The position numbers and the translations under genes were made by a program. From NCBI GenBank assembly GCA_049519415.1, contig JBEKQU010000001.1:9384-73383 (forward strand): a stretch of DNA of 64,000 bases, written 5' to 3'. The stretch comes from Spirochaetia bacterium. Lineage in GTDB: Bacteria; Spirochaetota; Spirochaetia; SZUA-6; Fen-1364. The first letter of the stretch is position 1, and every line of letters begins with the position of its first letter. Positions 44,211-53,415 of the stretch are shown here, piece after piece. Under the pieces are notes generated by a model. The model was not told where the DNA came from. It made no database searches and saw nothing but the letters and a program-made list of their open reading frames with translations.

Positions 44211-45040
44211 GAGGTGTCAAGGAAGTAGCTCAGCTTCCCCTTCTCCCGGTCCAAAGCTGCGGTCATTTCTGCAGTGTCACGCAGAGCGAAGATTCCGCCC
44301 ATGAGATCATCCAGCTCCGCCCGGCCGATTTCCTGAGGATTCGGCTCCACGATGAGGTAGTCGATGGCCAGATAGGAGCCGGGGGGGGCGGCGATGGCGG
44401 AACGGGGAATGCGCGCCGTGTAGCGGAACTGAGTCTCGGGCGCGGGATCCCATGCCCAGTCGATCTTCCCTCTGAAGATCTCCTCCCCTCTTGTTGAACC
44501 GGTCTCCTCTGTCCGCTGTACCGGCAGGCCGTTTTTCATCTGGATGTATGCCCGACATCCTATCCACAGGTCCATGCAGGGGTGGTTGAGGATTGCGGTG
44601 CCCTTCGAGTTCGTCGGCCGCAGCTGCGCTGCGATGTCGGCCGGCCCTACGGTCTCAAACACATAGATGTGGGTGAGATCCGGGATGCCCGTGCCAACAA
44701 GCGCTATCGGCTTCTCGATCCGGTTCTTGGCGCCCTTCCGAAGGATGACCGGCACCTGCACGCCCTCGTAGGAGGGCGCCGCGACCTCCAGCACAGCGCG
44801 ACCCGGCGAGAGATGGTGAAACCTGCAGATCATGAGGCCGGCATCGCTCTGGTAGTAGCCGTACATCTCGCGGCCCTGGATGCGCATTGCCAGGTCATAG
44901 ACCCATCGCCCGCTCACAGAATCGCAGACCTGCACGTCAAGGGTTGTTTCACGGCCGAGCCAGAGAGCGGAGAGAATCGCCGCGCAGACCAGGAGCGCGG
45001 CCGACGATGCGATGACGAGGATGCGCGCTTTTCTTTTCAT
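44183..45040 (-). CDS. Membrane-anchored hypothetical protein (N-terminal TM helix), first gene of the ABC-2 operon
   Basis: MKRKARILVIASSAALLVCAAILSALWL is a signal-anchor. The frame is GC3-rich, and 285 aa. It overlaps the ATPase gene. Confidence 0.45.
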   Translation of the reverse strand: MKRKARILVIASSAALLVCAAILSALWLGRETTLDVQVCDSVSGRWVYDLAMRIQGREMYGYYQSDAGLMICRFHHLSPGRAVLEVAAPSYEGVQVPVILRKGAKNRIEKPIALVGTGIPDLTHIYVFETVGPADIAAQLRPTNSKGTAILNHPCMDLWIGCRAYIQMKNGLPVQRTEETGSTRGEEIFRGKIDWAWDPAPETQFRYTARIPRSAIAAPPGSYLAIDYLIVEPNPQEIGRAELDDLMGGIFALRDTAEMTAALDREKGKLSYFLDTSWNLKGGQE

Positions 45041-45924
45041 TGCGGCTTTTCAAGCGGCGGCAGGTAGGCTGCCTCCAGGGCCTTGTACGAAGAGACGCCG
45101 AGCACATCCTCGACACGGTCCTTCGCTGCCATGCACGCCCTGATTTTCTCCGCCTTTCCCCTCTCCGTGAGTGACTCTACCATGGACATCAGGCCTTTCA
45201 CCGCGGCAAAGAGAGGCTCGATGGCGAAGATCACGATAGAGTAGCCGAGAGAGTGAAGCTCCGCGGCGCTCGGAGGCGAGGGATCGTCCGAAAGAGAAAG
45301 CGCGGAATAGTTGACAAGCTTGGGGCCGCGAACCGCCCTGCCGACCTCCCGAAGCTCTTTGCGCGAAGAGATGCCATGGATGAAGATGATATCCGCGCCC
45401 GCCCTGCGGTAGGCGTTCCCCCGGCGTATCGCCTCGTCGAGCCCGAGACCCTGGATGCAATCCGTGCGTCCGATGATGAGGAAGCCGCTGCTGCGCCTGC
45501 TTTTCACGGCAAGCCTGATTCGTGAGGCATGCTCCTCAGAGGGCACCACTTGGGGCCACCGGGAATCCGCGTTCTTCTTTGGTACGATCTTGTCCTCAAG
45601 GTGAATGGCCGATGCTCCCGCCTGCTCGTATTCCCGCACCGTGCGCACAAGGTTCACGGCGTTTCCGAATCCCGACTCCGCGTCCGCGATCAAGGGAACG
45701 TCGATGACCTGGCAGATGTTGCGCACGACCCCGCACATGTCGTTGAGCGTGATGAAGCCGATGTCGGGCCGGGCCAGGAGGCTTGCCGTGGCGCCGTAGC
45801 CCGTCAGGTACACGGCCGGGAAGCCGCTGCGTGCGATCAACCGTGCGCTGAATGCGTCATAGGCGCCCGGTGCCACGATCACCCTGCCTGACTTCAGCAG
45901 AGACGGCAAGTCGCGGTTCTTCAT
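45037..45924 (-). CDS. Isocitrate lyase / PEP mutase superfamily protein (methylisocitrate lyase, carboxyvinyl-carboxyphosphonate phosphorylmutase or oxaloacetate decarboxylase-like)
   Basis: The ICL/PEPM blocks GAYDAFSARL..., IADAESGFG and IHLEDK are present. Start at MKNRDLPSLL. Confidence 0.7.
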   Translation of the reverse strand: MKNRDLPSLLKSGRVIVAPGAYDAFSARLIARSGFPAVYLTGYGATASLLARPDIGFITLNDMCGVVRNICQVIDVPLIADAESGFGNAVNLVRTVREYEQAGASAIHLEDKIVPKKNADSRWPQVVPSEEHASRIRLAVKSRRSSGFLIIGRTDCIQGLGLDEAIRRGNAYRRAGADIIFIHGISSRKELREVGRAVRGPKLVNYSALSLSDDPSPPSAAELHSLGYSIVIFAIEPLFAAVKGLMSMVESLTERGKAEKIRACMAAKDRVEDVLGVSSYKALEAAYLPPLEKPQ

Positions 45925-46970
45925 GCGTCTCCCTCCGGCTTTAAAATGACCTTGACCGCCTGGCGCGACTCCACCAGCTCGTAGCCTTCCCGCCATCGCT
46001 CGATCGGGAGAACATGGCTGACAAGGGGTTTCAGTTTGAGGATCCCCGCATCAAGAAGCCGGATGACGTTCTCCCAGGCCTGGCGGGCATGCCCGTATGT
46101 GCCTTGCAATGTGACGGCCTTGGTGAGGAGGAGATCCAGGCTGAATCCCACGGGAGCGGGTCCCCACCCTATTTTAGTAATAAGCCCCAGGCGGCGGACC
46201 AGTGCGAGGCTCAGGCGGAGCGTCTCCGAGCTGCCGGCGGCATCCACAACGACGTCCGCGCCCAGTCCCGAGGTTGCGTCCATCACGACCGCGCTGCTTT
46301 CCTCTGCGGTTCCCCGCAGCATCACGGCGCTTGGGCAGACCTGGGAGGCAACCCGGAACCGGTTTTCATCGGCGGGCGTGCCGATCATGTACAGCCTCGC
46401 CGCGCCCGCGGCGCGGGCCACCTGGAGGCAGTTGATCCCGATCGGCCCCGGCCCGATGATGACGACGATGTCCCCCGGCCGGATGCGCGAACGGACCACA
46501 AGAGCGTTGTAGGCCACGCACGCCGGCTCGGTGATGGCCGCTTCCTCGAAACCCAGCCCTTCGGGCATGCGGTGGAGAATCTGCTGGCGCACGCGCACAT
46601 AACGCGTGAACGCCCCGTTCGTACCGTATCCATACCCCAGACGGCTCGGACACATGTTGTAGTCGCCCGACCGGCAGAAGCGGCACTTCCCGCAGACAAA
46701 AGCCGATGTCTCGCTTACCACCCGGTCCCCTGGCTGCCACCCCTGGACATTTGCCCCGACGCGCTCGATCACGCCGCAGAACTCGTGGCCCTGGATCACC
46801 GGGGTGTTCACGTGGTAGGTGAAATGGTTGCGCCACATCTCGATGTCGCTGCCGCAAACCCCCGCGGCCTTGACCCGTAGCAGGACGTCGTTGTCCGTGA
46901 GGGAGGGGACCGGCATGTCGCGCAGTTCGACCTTGTCATCCTCCAGCGCGTACTTCACCACGGCCTTCAT
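45921..46970 (-). CDS. Zinc-dependent medium-chain alcohol/polyol dehydrogenase (sorbitol/threonine dehydrogenase-like)
   Basis: GHEFCGVIERVG catalytic zinc motif, structural-zinc CGKCRFCRSGDYNMC, and GPGPIG Rossmann motif. Start at MKAVVKY, with a GAGGAGG ribosome-binding site upstream. Confidence 0.8.
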   Translation of the reverse strand: MKAVVKYALEDDKVELRDMPVPSLTDNDVLLRVKAAGVCGSDIEMWRNHFTYHVNTPVIQGHEFCGVIERVGANVQGWQPGDRVVSETSAFVCGKCRFCRSGDYNMCPSRLGYGYGTNGAFTRYVRVRQQILHRMPEGLGFEEAAITEPACVAYNALVVRSRIRPGDIVVIIGPGPIGINCLQVARAAGAARLYMIGTPADENRFRVASQVCPSAVMLRGTAEESSAVVMDATSGLGADVVVDAAGSSETLRLSLALVRRLGLITKIGWGPAPVGFSLDLLLTKAVTLQGTYGHARQAWENVIRLLDAGILKLKPLVSHVLPIERWREGYELVESRQAVKVILKPEGDA

Positions 46971-46992
46971 TGTTTCCAAGGTCTTCCTCCTC

Positions 46993-47778
46993 TCAGGGAC
47001 TCGTAAGGGCGATGGTCTGCCCCCCATCCACCACGAGAGTATGCCCGGTGACGAAGCACGCCTCTTCGGATGCCAGGTAGATCACGGCATTGGCAATGTC
47101 TTCGGGCCTGCCCCAATGCCCGAGCGGAATGATGCTCTTCCACCGTCGCACGGCGGATGAGTGGGCGAACTCATCCTTGTTGCGCTCCACCCGGATGGCG
47201 CCGGGCGAAACGGAGTTGACCGTAATCCCCCGAGGGGCCAGCTCCACGGCGGCGCTGCGGGTGAGCATGTCCATGCCGGCTTTTGATGCGTCATACGCGC
47301 AGAGGTTGGAATGCGCCCTTATCCCACCCACGGATGACACATTGATGATCCGTCCGCGGATGCCCTGCCGCACCATCGCTCGCGCCGCTTCCTGCGCGCA
47401 CACGAAAGCGGCGCGCAGGTTGACCGCAAAGGTCTCCTCCCAATCCTTTTCACGGAACTCGAGGAACGGAGCGCGGCGGACGACAGCGGCGTTGTTCACC
47501 AGGACGTGCACGGCGCCCATCGCCGCCTGGGCCCTCCGCACGAAATTTCTGGCCTCCCGAGCGCTGGAGAGATCAGCCTTCAGCACCTCGGCGCGCCGGC
47601 CCAACTGGCGGATCTGCTTCAGGACAGCGCGCGCGTCGGCGGCGCTGCTGTTGCACCCGATGGCGACATCCGCTCCCTCGCGAGCCGCTGCCAGGCAGAT
47701 CGCACGGCCGATGCCGGTGCCTCCGCCGGTCACGAGGACCACCTTTCCTTCAAGCCTTTTGGCTACGACGCCGGACAT
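46993..47778 (-). CDS. Short-chain dehydrogenase/reductase (SDR)
   Basis: TGGGTGIGRAI cofactor motif and YDASKAG catalytic motif; 261 aa. Confidence 0.8.
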   Translation of the reverse strand: MSGVVAKRLEGKVVLVTGGGTGIGRAICLAAAREGADVAIGCNSSAADARAVLKQIRQLGRRAEVLKADLSSAREARNFVRRAQAAMGAVHVLVNNAAVVRRAPFLEFREKDWEETFAVNLRAAFVCAQEAARAMVRQGIRGRIINVSSVGGIRAHSNLCAYDASKAGMDMLTRSAAVELAPRGITVNSVSPGAIRVERNKDEFAHSSAVRRWKSIIPLGHWGRPEDIANAVIYLASEEACFVTGHTLVVDGGQTIALTSP

Positions 47779-47852
47779 GTGGACTCCCGCACGATCAATT
47801 CCACGTCAAGGACGAGCGGCTCCGCATCCCCGCGCTCCTGTCACGCCCATAT

Positions 47853-48890
47853 TCACGGGGCAAGGCAAAAATCCTCAAACGCGCCGCACAGCGCCTCGAT
47901 GTTGCGCAGCGGCACCTCGCCGTAGATCGATGCCAGGACCATGAGGCCTCCCTTCGGATCGTACATCGCGTCCACACAGCTTTTCACCTGGTCGCGAAGC
48001 TGGTCCGGGGCAAGGAAGGGAAAGCTCTGCCTGTCCAGATCGAGATTGACGCAGAGCTTTCCCTTGTACGCTTTCACGATGTCCTTGATGCCATTGGCGC
48101 GCAGCTGCGGGTCATGGATGTTCAGCCCGCACTCCACCAGGTCATCAATGATCTCCACGATCCTTCCGTCCGAGGAAAGCAGCACGATGCTCCCCGCTTC
48201 CCTGATCTTGCGAAACAGGGAGCAAAACATGGGCTTCAGGAGCTTGCGGAAGCTCTTCGGGCTGATCATGAGGCCCTTTTGCGTGCCGATGTCGGTGTGG
48301 AAGGTGATCATGTCAACCCCAATGCCGATCCACTGATCCACCACCTTGTGCTCGTGCTCGGCCAGCATGTCGATCAGCGTATGCAGCTCCGGCGGCTCCT
48401 CCACGACATCCATCATGAGGTTCTCAAAGCCCCGCAGGAAGTACAAGCGATCGAACAGCCGCTCGGCGTCGCCGCTCGTGAGGAGCATTTTTGCTTTTCG
48501 CTCCTCAATTTCCGCGCGGATCTTTCCCCAATCCCGGTCCGCCCGCTCGCTCTTCTTCATCGGGTCCGGCGGCCGCCAGGCGGCAAGCGCCTTCCAGTCC
48601 GCAAGAGGATGGCCCACCACCTGGCCTTCGAGCCCTTCAATCGCATTGGCCCAGACGCAGCCCCAGTTGTCGGTGAACATCTCCCCCTTGCGGTACACGG
48701 CGGGCATCTCATCGAAGTAGTCGAATGTATCCGGATCGTACTCGGGGAAGATCCGGGGATGATCGCGCATGAGCCGGCTCAATTCCCCTCGGTGATTCGT
48801 CAGGGTCAATGGGGAGAAGGCCATGCTGCAGGGAATCCACTGGGGAGAATGGAAGGTGGCTGCGCGGATGTAGTTCTCTCGATGATTCAT
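47853..48890 (-). CDS. URO-D superfamily protein, paralog 2
   Basis: 345 aa with a URO-D-fold C-terminal TIM-barrel region (VLLSSDGRIVEIIDDLVECGLNIHDP). It has the same layout as paralogs 1 and 3. Confidence 0.6.
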   Translation of the reverse strand: MNHRENYIRAATFHSPQWIPCSMAFSPLTLTNHRGELSRLMRDHPRIFPEYDPDTFDYFDEMPAVYRKGEMFTDNWGCVWANAIEGLEGQVVGHPLADWKALAAWRPPDPMKKSERADRDWGKIRAEIEERKAKMLLTSGDAERLFDRLYFLRGFENLMMDVVEEPPELHTLIDMLAEHEHKVVDQWIGIGVDMITFHTDIGTQKGLMISPKSFRKLLKPMFCSLFRKIREAGSIVLLSSDGRIVEIIDDLVECGLNIHDPQLRANGIKDIVKAYKGKLCVNLDLDRQSFPFLAPDQLRDQVKSCVDAMYDPKGGLMVLASIYGEVPLRNIEALCGAFEDFCLAP

Positions 48891-49012
48891 GGAGCATCCC
48901 CGGGCCGGGATTATTCATCACGCCGGCCGCAACGTCAAGGCGCTCCAACCGTCGTGCTCTTTCTCCCTACAAGGAGAGTGACAAGGGATAACGCCTCGGA
49001 TATCTTTTTTGC

Positions 49013-50164
49013 ATGCGCAACAACGTCACCGAACGATACTATAGATTCTTCACCGGCCAGCAGGTCGACAGGATACCGGATGTCGAGTTTGGCTGGTGGC
49101 CGCAGACCGTCCGCCGCTGGCTCGGCGAGGGGCTGCCGCGCAACCTCACGGACGAGTGGTTCAATGCAAAGTTCGCGGCCGCGGATGAGATGGACACGAT
49201 CAGCCCGAAGCTTGAGGAGTATTTCGGACTTGACACGTGTGGTGTGACGCTGTCCGTGCGGACGCACCTGAACCCCTGCTTCCCCGAACGCGTCCTGGAG
49301 AAGAGGGGCCATGCGCTGTTCATGGTCGATGCCCGGGGCACGCTCCTCGAACGCTATCCGAATGAAGCGGATGAAAGCTCCATTCCCCGATTCGTGAAGT
49401 TTCCGGTGGAGAACCCTGCCGATTGGGTTTCCTATCGGGAGCGTTATCGCCTGGACGATCCCACCCGTTTCATCCCGGAGTCGGACATCGAAATGGTCCG
49501 CAGCGCCGCGGGGCAAGGCCGCATGATAAACGTCTCCCTGCTGGGATTTTATGGGCAGCTGCGAAACTGGATGGGAATTGAAAACCTTTCATTGGCCCTC
49601 TATGACCAGCCCGGCTTGATTGAGGAGATGGTCGGCCACTGGTCGGAGCTCTGCGCACGGCAGATAGAGCGGCTCCCTGTTGACGTGCCCGTTGACCAGG
49701 TGGGGTGGTGGGAGGACATGGCGTCAAAGAACGGTCCGCTGGTCAGCCCGGCTCAGTTTCGGCAGTTTTTCACGCCGGGATACCGCCGCGTGATGGAGGC
49801 TGCCCGCCGGCGAGGCTGCGCATTTTCCTTGGTCGACTGCGACGGGAACCCGGCCGAACTGGTTCCCTGCTGGCTGGAGGTGGGCGTGAACGTGATGTTG
49901 CCCCTCGAAGTGCAGGCAGGGGCGGATCCGCATGAGTGGAGGAGGAGGTACGGCTCGGCGCTGCTGCTTCGCGGCGGCCTGGACAAGGAAGCGGTGGCCC
50001 GGGGTCCGCGCGCAATCCAGGAAGAGCTCCGCCGGGTGCGGCCCTTGATTGAGCAGGGCGGCTATATACCGCATCTGGATCATCTCGTTCCGCCGACGGT
50101 TCCCTACGTGAACTATCTCGAGTACCTGAGGCAGAAGCGGGCGTTCATTGGAAGAACCGCGTAG
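49013..50164 (+). CDS. URO-D superfamily protein, paralog 3
   Basis: 383 aa. FSLVDCDGNPAELVPCWLEVGVNVMLPLE parallels the HSDG...IDDL...G.N...P block of the other two paralogs. Confidence 0.6.
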   Translation: MRNNVTERYYRFFTGQQVDRIPDVEFGWWPQTVRRWLGEGLPRNLTDEWFNAKFAAADEMDTISPKLEEYFGLDTCGVTLSVRTHLNPCFPERVLEKRGHALFMVDARGTLLERYPNEADESSIPRFVKFPVENPADWVSYRERYRLDDPTRFIPESDIEMVRSAAGQGRMINVSLLGFYGQLRNWMGIENLSLALYDQPGLIEEMVGHWSELCARQIERLPVDVPVDQVGWWEDMASKNGPLVSPAQFRQFFTPGYRRVMEAARRRGCAFSLVDCDGNPAELVPCWLEVGVNVMLPLEVQAGADPHEWRRRYGSALLLRGGLDKEAVARGPRAIQEELRRVRPLIEQGGYIPHLDHLVPPTVPYVNYLEYLRQKRAFIGRTA

Positions 50165-50216
50165 CGCATGCGCTTTGGCTCGGCCGGCTGGTCGTGAAGG
50201 CGCTCGGCAAAGGCTC

Positions 50217-51254
50217 TCAGGAAAAGGGTCGATGGCGCCGCGGAGGAGAGACGCTCTGGCCTTTTATTTCCTCAAGCAGAAAGACCTTGTGTTTGCGCGA
50301 GGCTTCCGGACGCTCAATGTGACGGAACAGGAACTCCGCGGCGGTGAATCCCATTTCGCTCAGGGGCTGGCGGTTGGAGCTGATGGGCGGGTTTGTGTAA
50401 CGGATCATCTGGATGCCGTCAAAGCCGATGATCGACATGTCGCCGGGGACATGAAAGGAGCGCTCCCGCGCCGCATTCAGAAGCCCGATGGCGATAAGGT
50501 CCGTGCCGCACACCGCGGCCGTGGCCCGGTCTCCTGGAGCAAACAGCTCACCTATGATGCCGGGCCCCGGATCCGTGCCCATGTCCACCGTGAAGAGGTC
50601 CTTGTCGAGGAACGGCAACCCCTTTTCGGCGCAGGCCCGGCGAACACCTGAAAGGCGGTCAGCGATATTGGCGTTTCGGTTGTTCACCCCAATGAAGGCG
50701 ATCCTTCTGTGGCCCTGGCCGATGAGCTTCAGAGCGCTCTGGTACCCCCCCTTCTCGTTGTCCGTATCCACCCACCCGATCGCCGGGCTGACCGGACGAT
50801 CCCCCACCACGACGATGGGAATCCGCTCGCGTTCGATCCGCGCCGTATCCTCCTTTGAGAGCATGTAGTCTCCAAAGAGAATCGTGCCATCCACCTTTTT
50901 CTGTGAAAAAAGCCTCAGGTAGTCGAAGTCGCGGTCGATGATGCGCTGCGTGGACAGGAGCATGTCATAGCGGTGTTTCCGGCACGCCAATTCCACGCCT
51001 TCAAGCAGCCCCGAAAAGTAGAGGTCTCCCTCCAGGCTGCGTGTCGACACCACCGGGGCAATAACCCCTATGATCGCCGTGCGGCCCGAGTTGAGGGCGC
51101 GCCCCTGGCTGTTGGGATAGTAGCCAAGCTCTTTTATCGCGCGCTCGATCCGAAGCCGGGTCTCCTTCTTCACGTTGCCCCGGCCGTTGATGACCCGGGA
51201 GACGGTGATGAAAGACACTCCGGCCCGCTCCGCGACTTCCCTCTGGGTTGCCAT
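50217..51254 (-). CDS. LacI-family transcriptional regulator
   Basis: N-terminal HTH MATQREVAERAGVSFITVSRVINGRGNV plus a periplasmic-binding-fold sugar-sensing domain; 345 aa. Confidence 0.8.
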   Translation of the reverse strand: MATQREVAERAGVSFITVSRVINGRGNVKKETRLRIERAIKELGYYPNSQGRALNSGRTAIIGVIAPVVSTRSLEGDLYFSGLLEGVELACRKHRYDMLLSTQRIIDRDFDYLRLFSQKKVDGTILFGDYMLSKEDTARIERERIPIVVVGDRPVSPAIGWVDTDNEKGGYQSALKLIGQGHRRIAFIGVNNRNANIADRLSGVRRACAEKGLPFLDKDLFTVDMGTDPGPGIIGELFAPGDRATAAVCGTDLIAIGLLNAARERSFHVPGDMSIIGFDGIQMIRYTNPPISSNRQPLSEMGFTAAEFLFRHIERPEASRKHKVFLLEEIKGQSVSPPRRHRPFS

Positions 51255-51278
51255 CCAGCCTTCCCTCGCGCCTGCCGT

Positions 51279-52367
51279 CTATTTCTCCACGCCGGTCATC
51301 ACGATCCCCTGCATCAGGTATTTCTGGGCAAATATGAAGATGCAGACGGGGATCGCGGTGGAAATCAATGCCGCCGCCTGCACAAGGCTGTTCTGACGTA
51401 TATACATGTTGAAGAACTTGGTCAATCCGACAGAGATGGGAAAGCGTCCCGGCTGCCCGGCGAGGTAGATCAGGGGACCGAAAAAGTCGTTCCAGCAAAA
51501 GAAGAAGTGGAAAAGCATGACGACGATCAGGGCGGGAACGGCTTGCGGCACGATAATGGAAAAGAAGGTCTGAAGCGGACTGGCGCCGTCGATCTTCGCG
51601 GCTTCATCCAGCTCCCGAGGAACGCCCATCATGAATTGCCTCAAGAGAAAGACATTGTAAGCGTTGGAGAAGAATGTGGGGATGATGAGCGGGAGCCAGG
51701 TTCCGACCCAGTGGATAGAAAAGTAGAAAGAATAGGTGGGAATCAGGGTGACAGAGGGGGGAAGAACGATCGTTGCCATCAGCACCAGAAAGGCGGCGCC
51801 CTTGAACGGGAAATTGAATCTTGAAAATCCATAGGCCACAAACGCGGCGGAGCACACCGCGCCGACCGTGCTGATGCACGCATACATGATGGTGTTGAGG
51901 AGCAATCTCAGGAAATCGATGGTCTTCCATGCGGAGAGAAAATTGACCCATCGGAAATCGATCCGCCATGCGGCGCTGAGGGTGCGCCAGGAACCCTTCC
52001 ATTCGATGAGCCCCGCATCCGGTCGGGCCGGATCCATGAATTTCGAGCTGTCCCGTCCCTTCTCCACAAGGGCCAGTTTTTTTGTCGTCCCCTCGGGCAT
52101 CGGCACCAGGTACACATCATAGGTGTGACCCTCGTGCGTGAACTGCTCAAGAGAGGACGGCAAAACAGGGGCGCCCACGACTGTTTGCTGGAAGTCGCTC
52201 TGCAAAGACGTGACTACGCCGTACGCAAGAGGCAGCAGGAACACGACGAGAAGGATAAGAATGCCTGTGGCAAACCCGATCCGCTTGATCTGCCTGAATA
52301 CCACGGCCGGGGCAACGCCCCTGCTCCCTGGGGGTGTGACGACGAGATTGTCAACCGGGCCGCCCAT
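51279..52367 (-). CDS. Carbohydrate ABC transporter permease (MalG-type, with a long periplasmic loop)
   Basis: Start at MGGPVDNLVV; the upstream part of the listed 512-aa ORF is an alternate frame over the neighbouring gene. The EAA loop is DEAAKIDGASPLQTFFSIIVP. Its ATG overlaps the upstream stop (TAATG). Confidence 0.75.
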   Translation of the reverse strand: MGGPVDNLVVTPPGSRGVAPAVVFRQIKRIGFATGILILLVVFLLPLAYGVVTSLQSDFQQTVVGAPVLPSSLEQFTHEGHTYDVYLVPMPEGTTKKLALVEKGRDSSKFMDPARPDAGLIEWKGSWRTLSAAWRIDFRWVNFLSAWKTIDFLRLLLNTIMYACISTVGAVCSAAFVAYGFSRFNFPFKGAAFLVLMATIVLPPSVTLIPTYSFYFSIHWVGTWLPLIIPTFFSNAYNVFLLRQFMMGVPRELDEAAKIDGASPLQTFFSIIVPQAVPALIVVMLFHFFFCWNDFFGPLIYLAGQPGRFPISVGLTKFFNMYIRQNSLVQAAALISTAIPVCIFIFAQKYLMQGIVMTGVEK

Positions 52368-53332
52368 TATTTTTCCCCGAGGTAATAGACCCAGCGTCTC
52401 TGGGTCGTGAAAAGCAGGGCCGTGAGCGCCATCGCGATGATGAATATGATCCACGCGATCACGGCGCCGTATCCCATGTTGAAGTAGTTGAAGGACTGGC
52501 GATAGAAATACACCATGATGAAGTTCGTCATCCCCGCGGGCGTGCCGTCTCCCCGGTTGAGCACGTAGGGGACAAGGAAGAATTGCATGGTCCCGATGAT
52601 GGCGAGGATCAGGTTGTAGAAGATGATCGGGGTGATCATGGGCAGGGTGATCCGAACAAGCCGGGTCCCCCAGCCGGCGCCGTCCACGGTTGCCGCTTCG
52701 TACAATTCCGTGGGGACCTTCTGGAGCCCGGCAATGAAGGTCATCATTGTATTGCCGATTCCCCAGAGACCGATCCAGGTAAAGGTGAGATAGACCAGCC
52801 TGGTGCTTTGGAGCCACTGGATTCCGCTGGCGCCGGTCGCCTTGAATCCGGTCACCGATTCAATGATCTGGTTGATCCACCCCGCGTGCTGGTTCAGAAC
52901 GCCGAACCAGATGACAACGGTCGCGACAAACGGGATCATGGCGGGAAGGTAGAACAGGGCCCTGAAAAGGGCCTTGCCTCGAAGCAGGCCCGAGTTGAGC
53001 ATCAGCGCAAGGGCCAGGGCGTAAAAGAACGTGATGGGAAGCGAGACCCCCGCGAAAGCGAAGCTCTTCAGCACCGCCAGGGGCACCTCGGGGTCCTGGG
53101 TGAAGGCCCGCTTCCAGTTCTCCAGGCCGATAAACTTATGGACCCCGACTGTGGACAGGTTGAAATCGTAGAGCGAAAAACCCAGCGACGACACCATCGG
53201 CACAAGAAAGAAGATAAAAAATCCGAGTATCCAGGGGCTGATGAATATGAGCCCCCATTTCAGCTCAAAGTGCCTATGCGACGATCCGCGGCGCCGGGCT
53301 GCGCCATCTGCACCCGCCATTTTCATGCGCAT
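52367..53332 (-). CDS. Carbohydrate ABC transporter permease (MalF-type)
   Basis: EAA loop YEAATVDGAGWGTRLVRITLP and six TM helices; 321 aa. Confidence 0.75.
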   Translation of the reverse strand: MRMKMAGADGAARRRGSSHRHFELKWGLIFISPWILGFFIFFLVPMVSSLGFSLYDFNLSTVGVHKFIGLENWKRAFTQDPEVPLAVLKSFAFAGVSLPITFFYALALALMLNSGLLRGKALFRALFYLPAMIPFVATVVIWFGVLNQHAGWINQIIESVTGFKATGASGIQWLQSTRLVYLTFTWIGLWGIGNTMMTFIAGLQKVPTELYEAATVDGAGWGTRLVRITLPMITPIIFYNLILAIIGTMQFFLVPYVLNRGDGTPAGMTNFIMVYFYRQSFNYFNMGYGAVIAWIIFIIAMALTALLFTTQRRWVYYLGEK

Positions 53333-53415
53333 GCCTCATACGCGCGGGGCGGCGTGTCGCCGCCCCGCTGGAATGGCTCCCGCGTCCCTTTGCGCGCCGC
53401 GGAAGTCCTTGCGAA

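Noticed and set aside
51279-52817. N-terminal 150 aa of the listed 512-aa ORF for the MalG-type permease
   Set aside because: The upstream extension is an alternate frame through the neighbouring permease gene. The true start is the MGGPVDNLVV ATG overlapping the upstream stop (TAATG).
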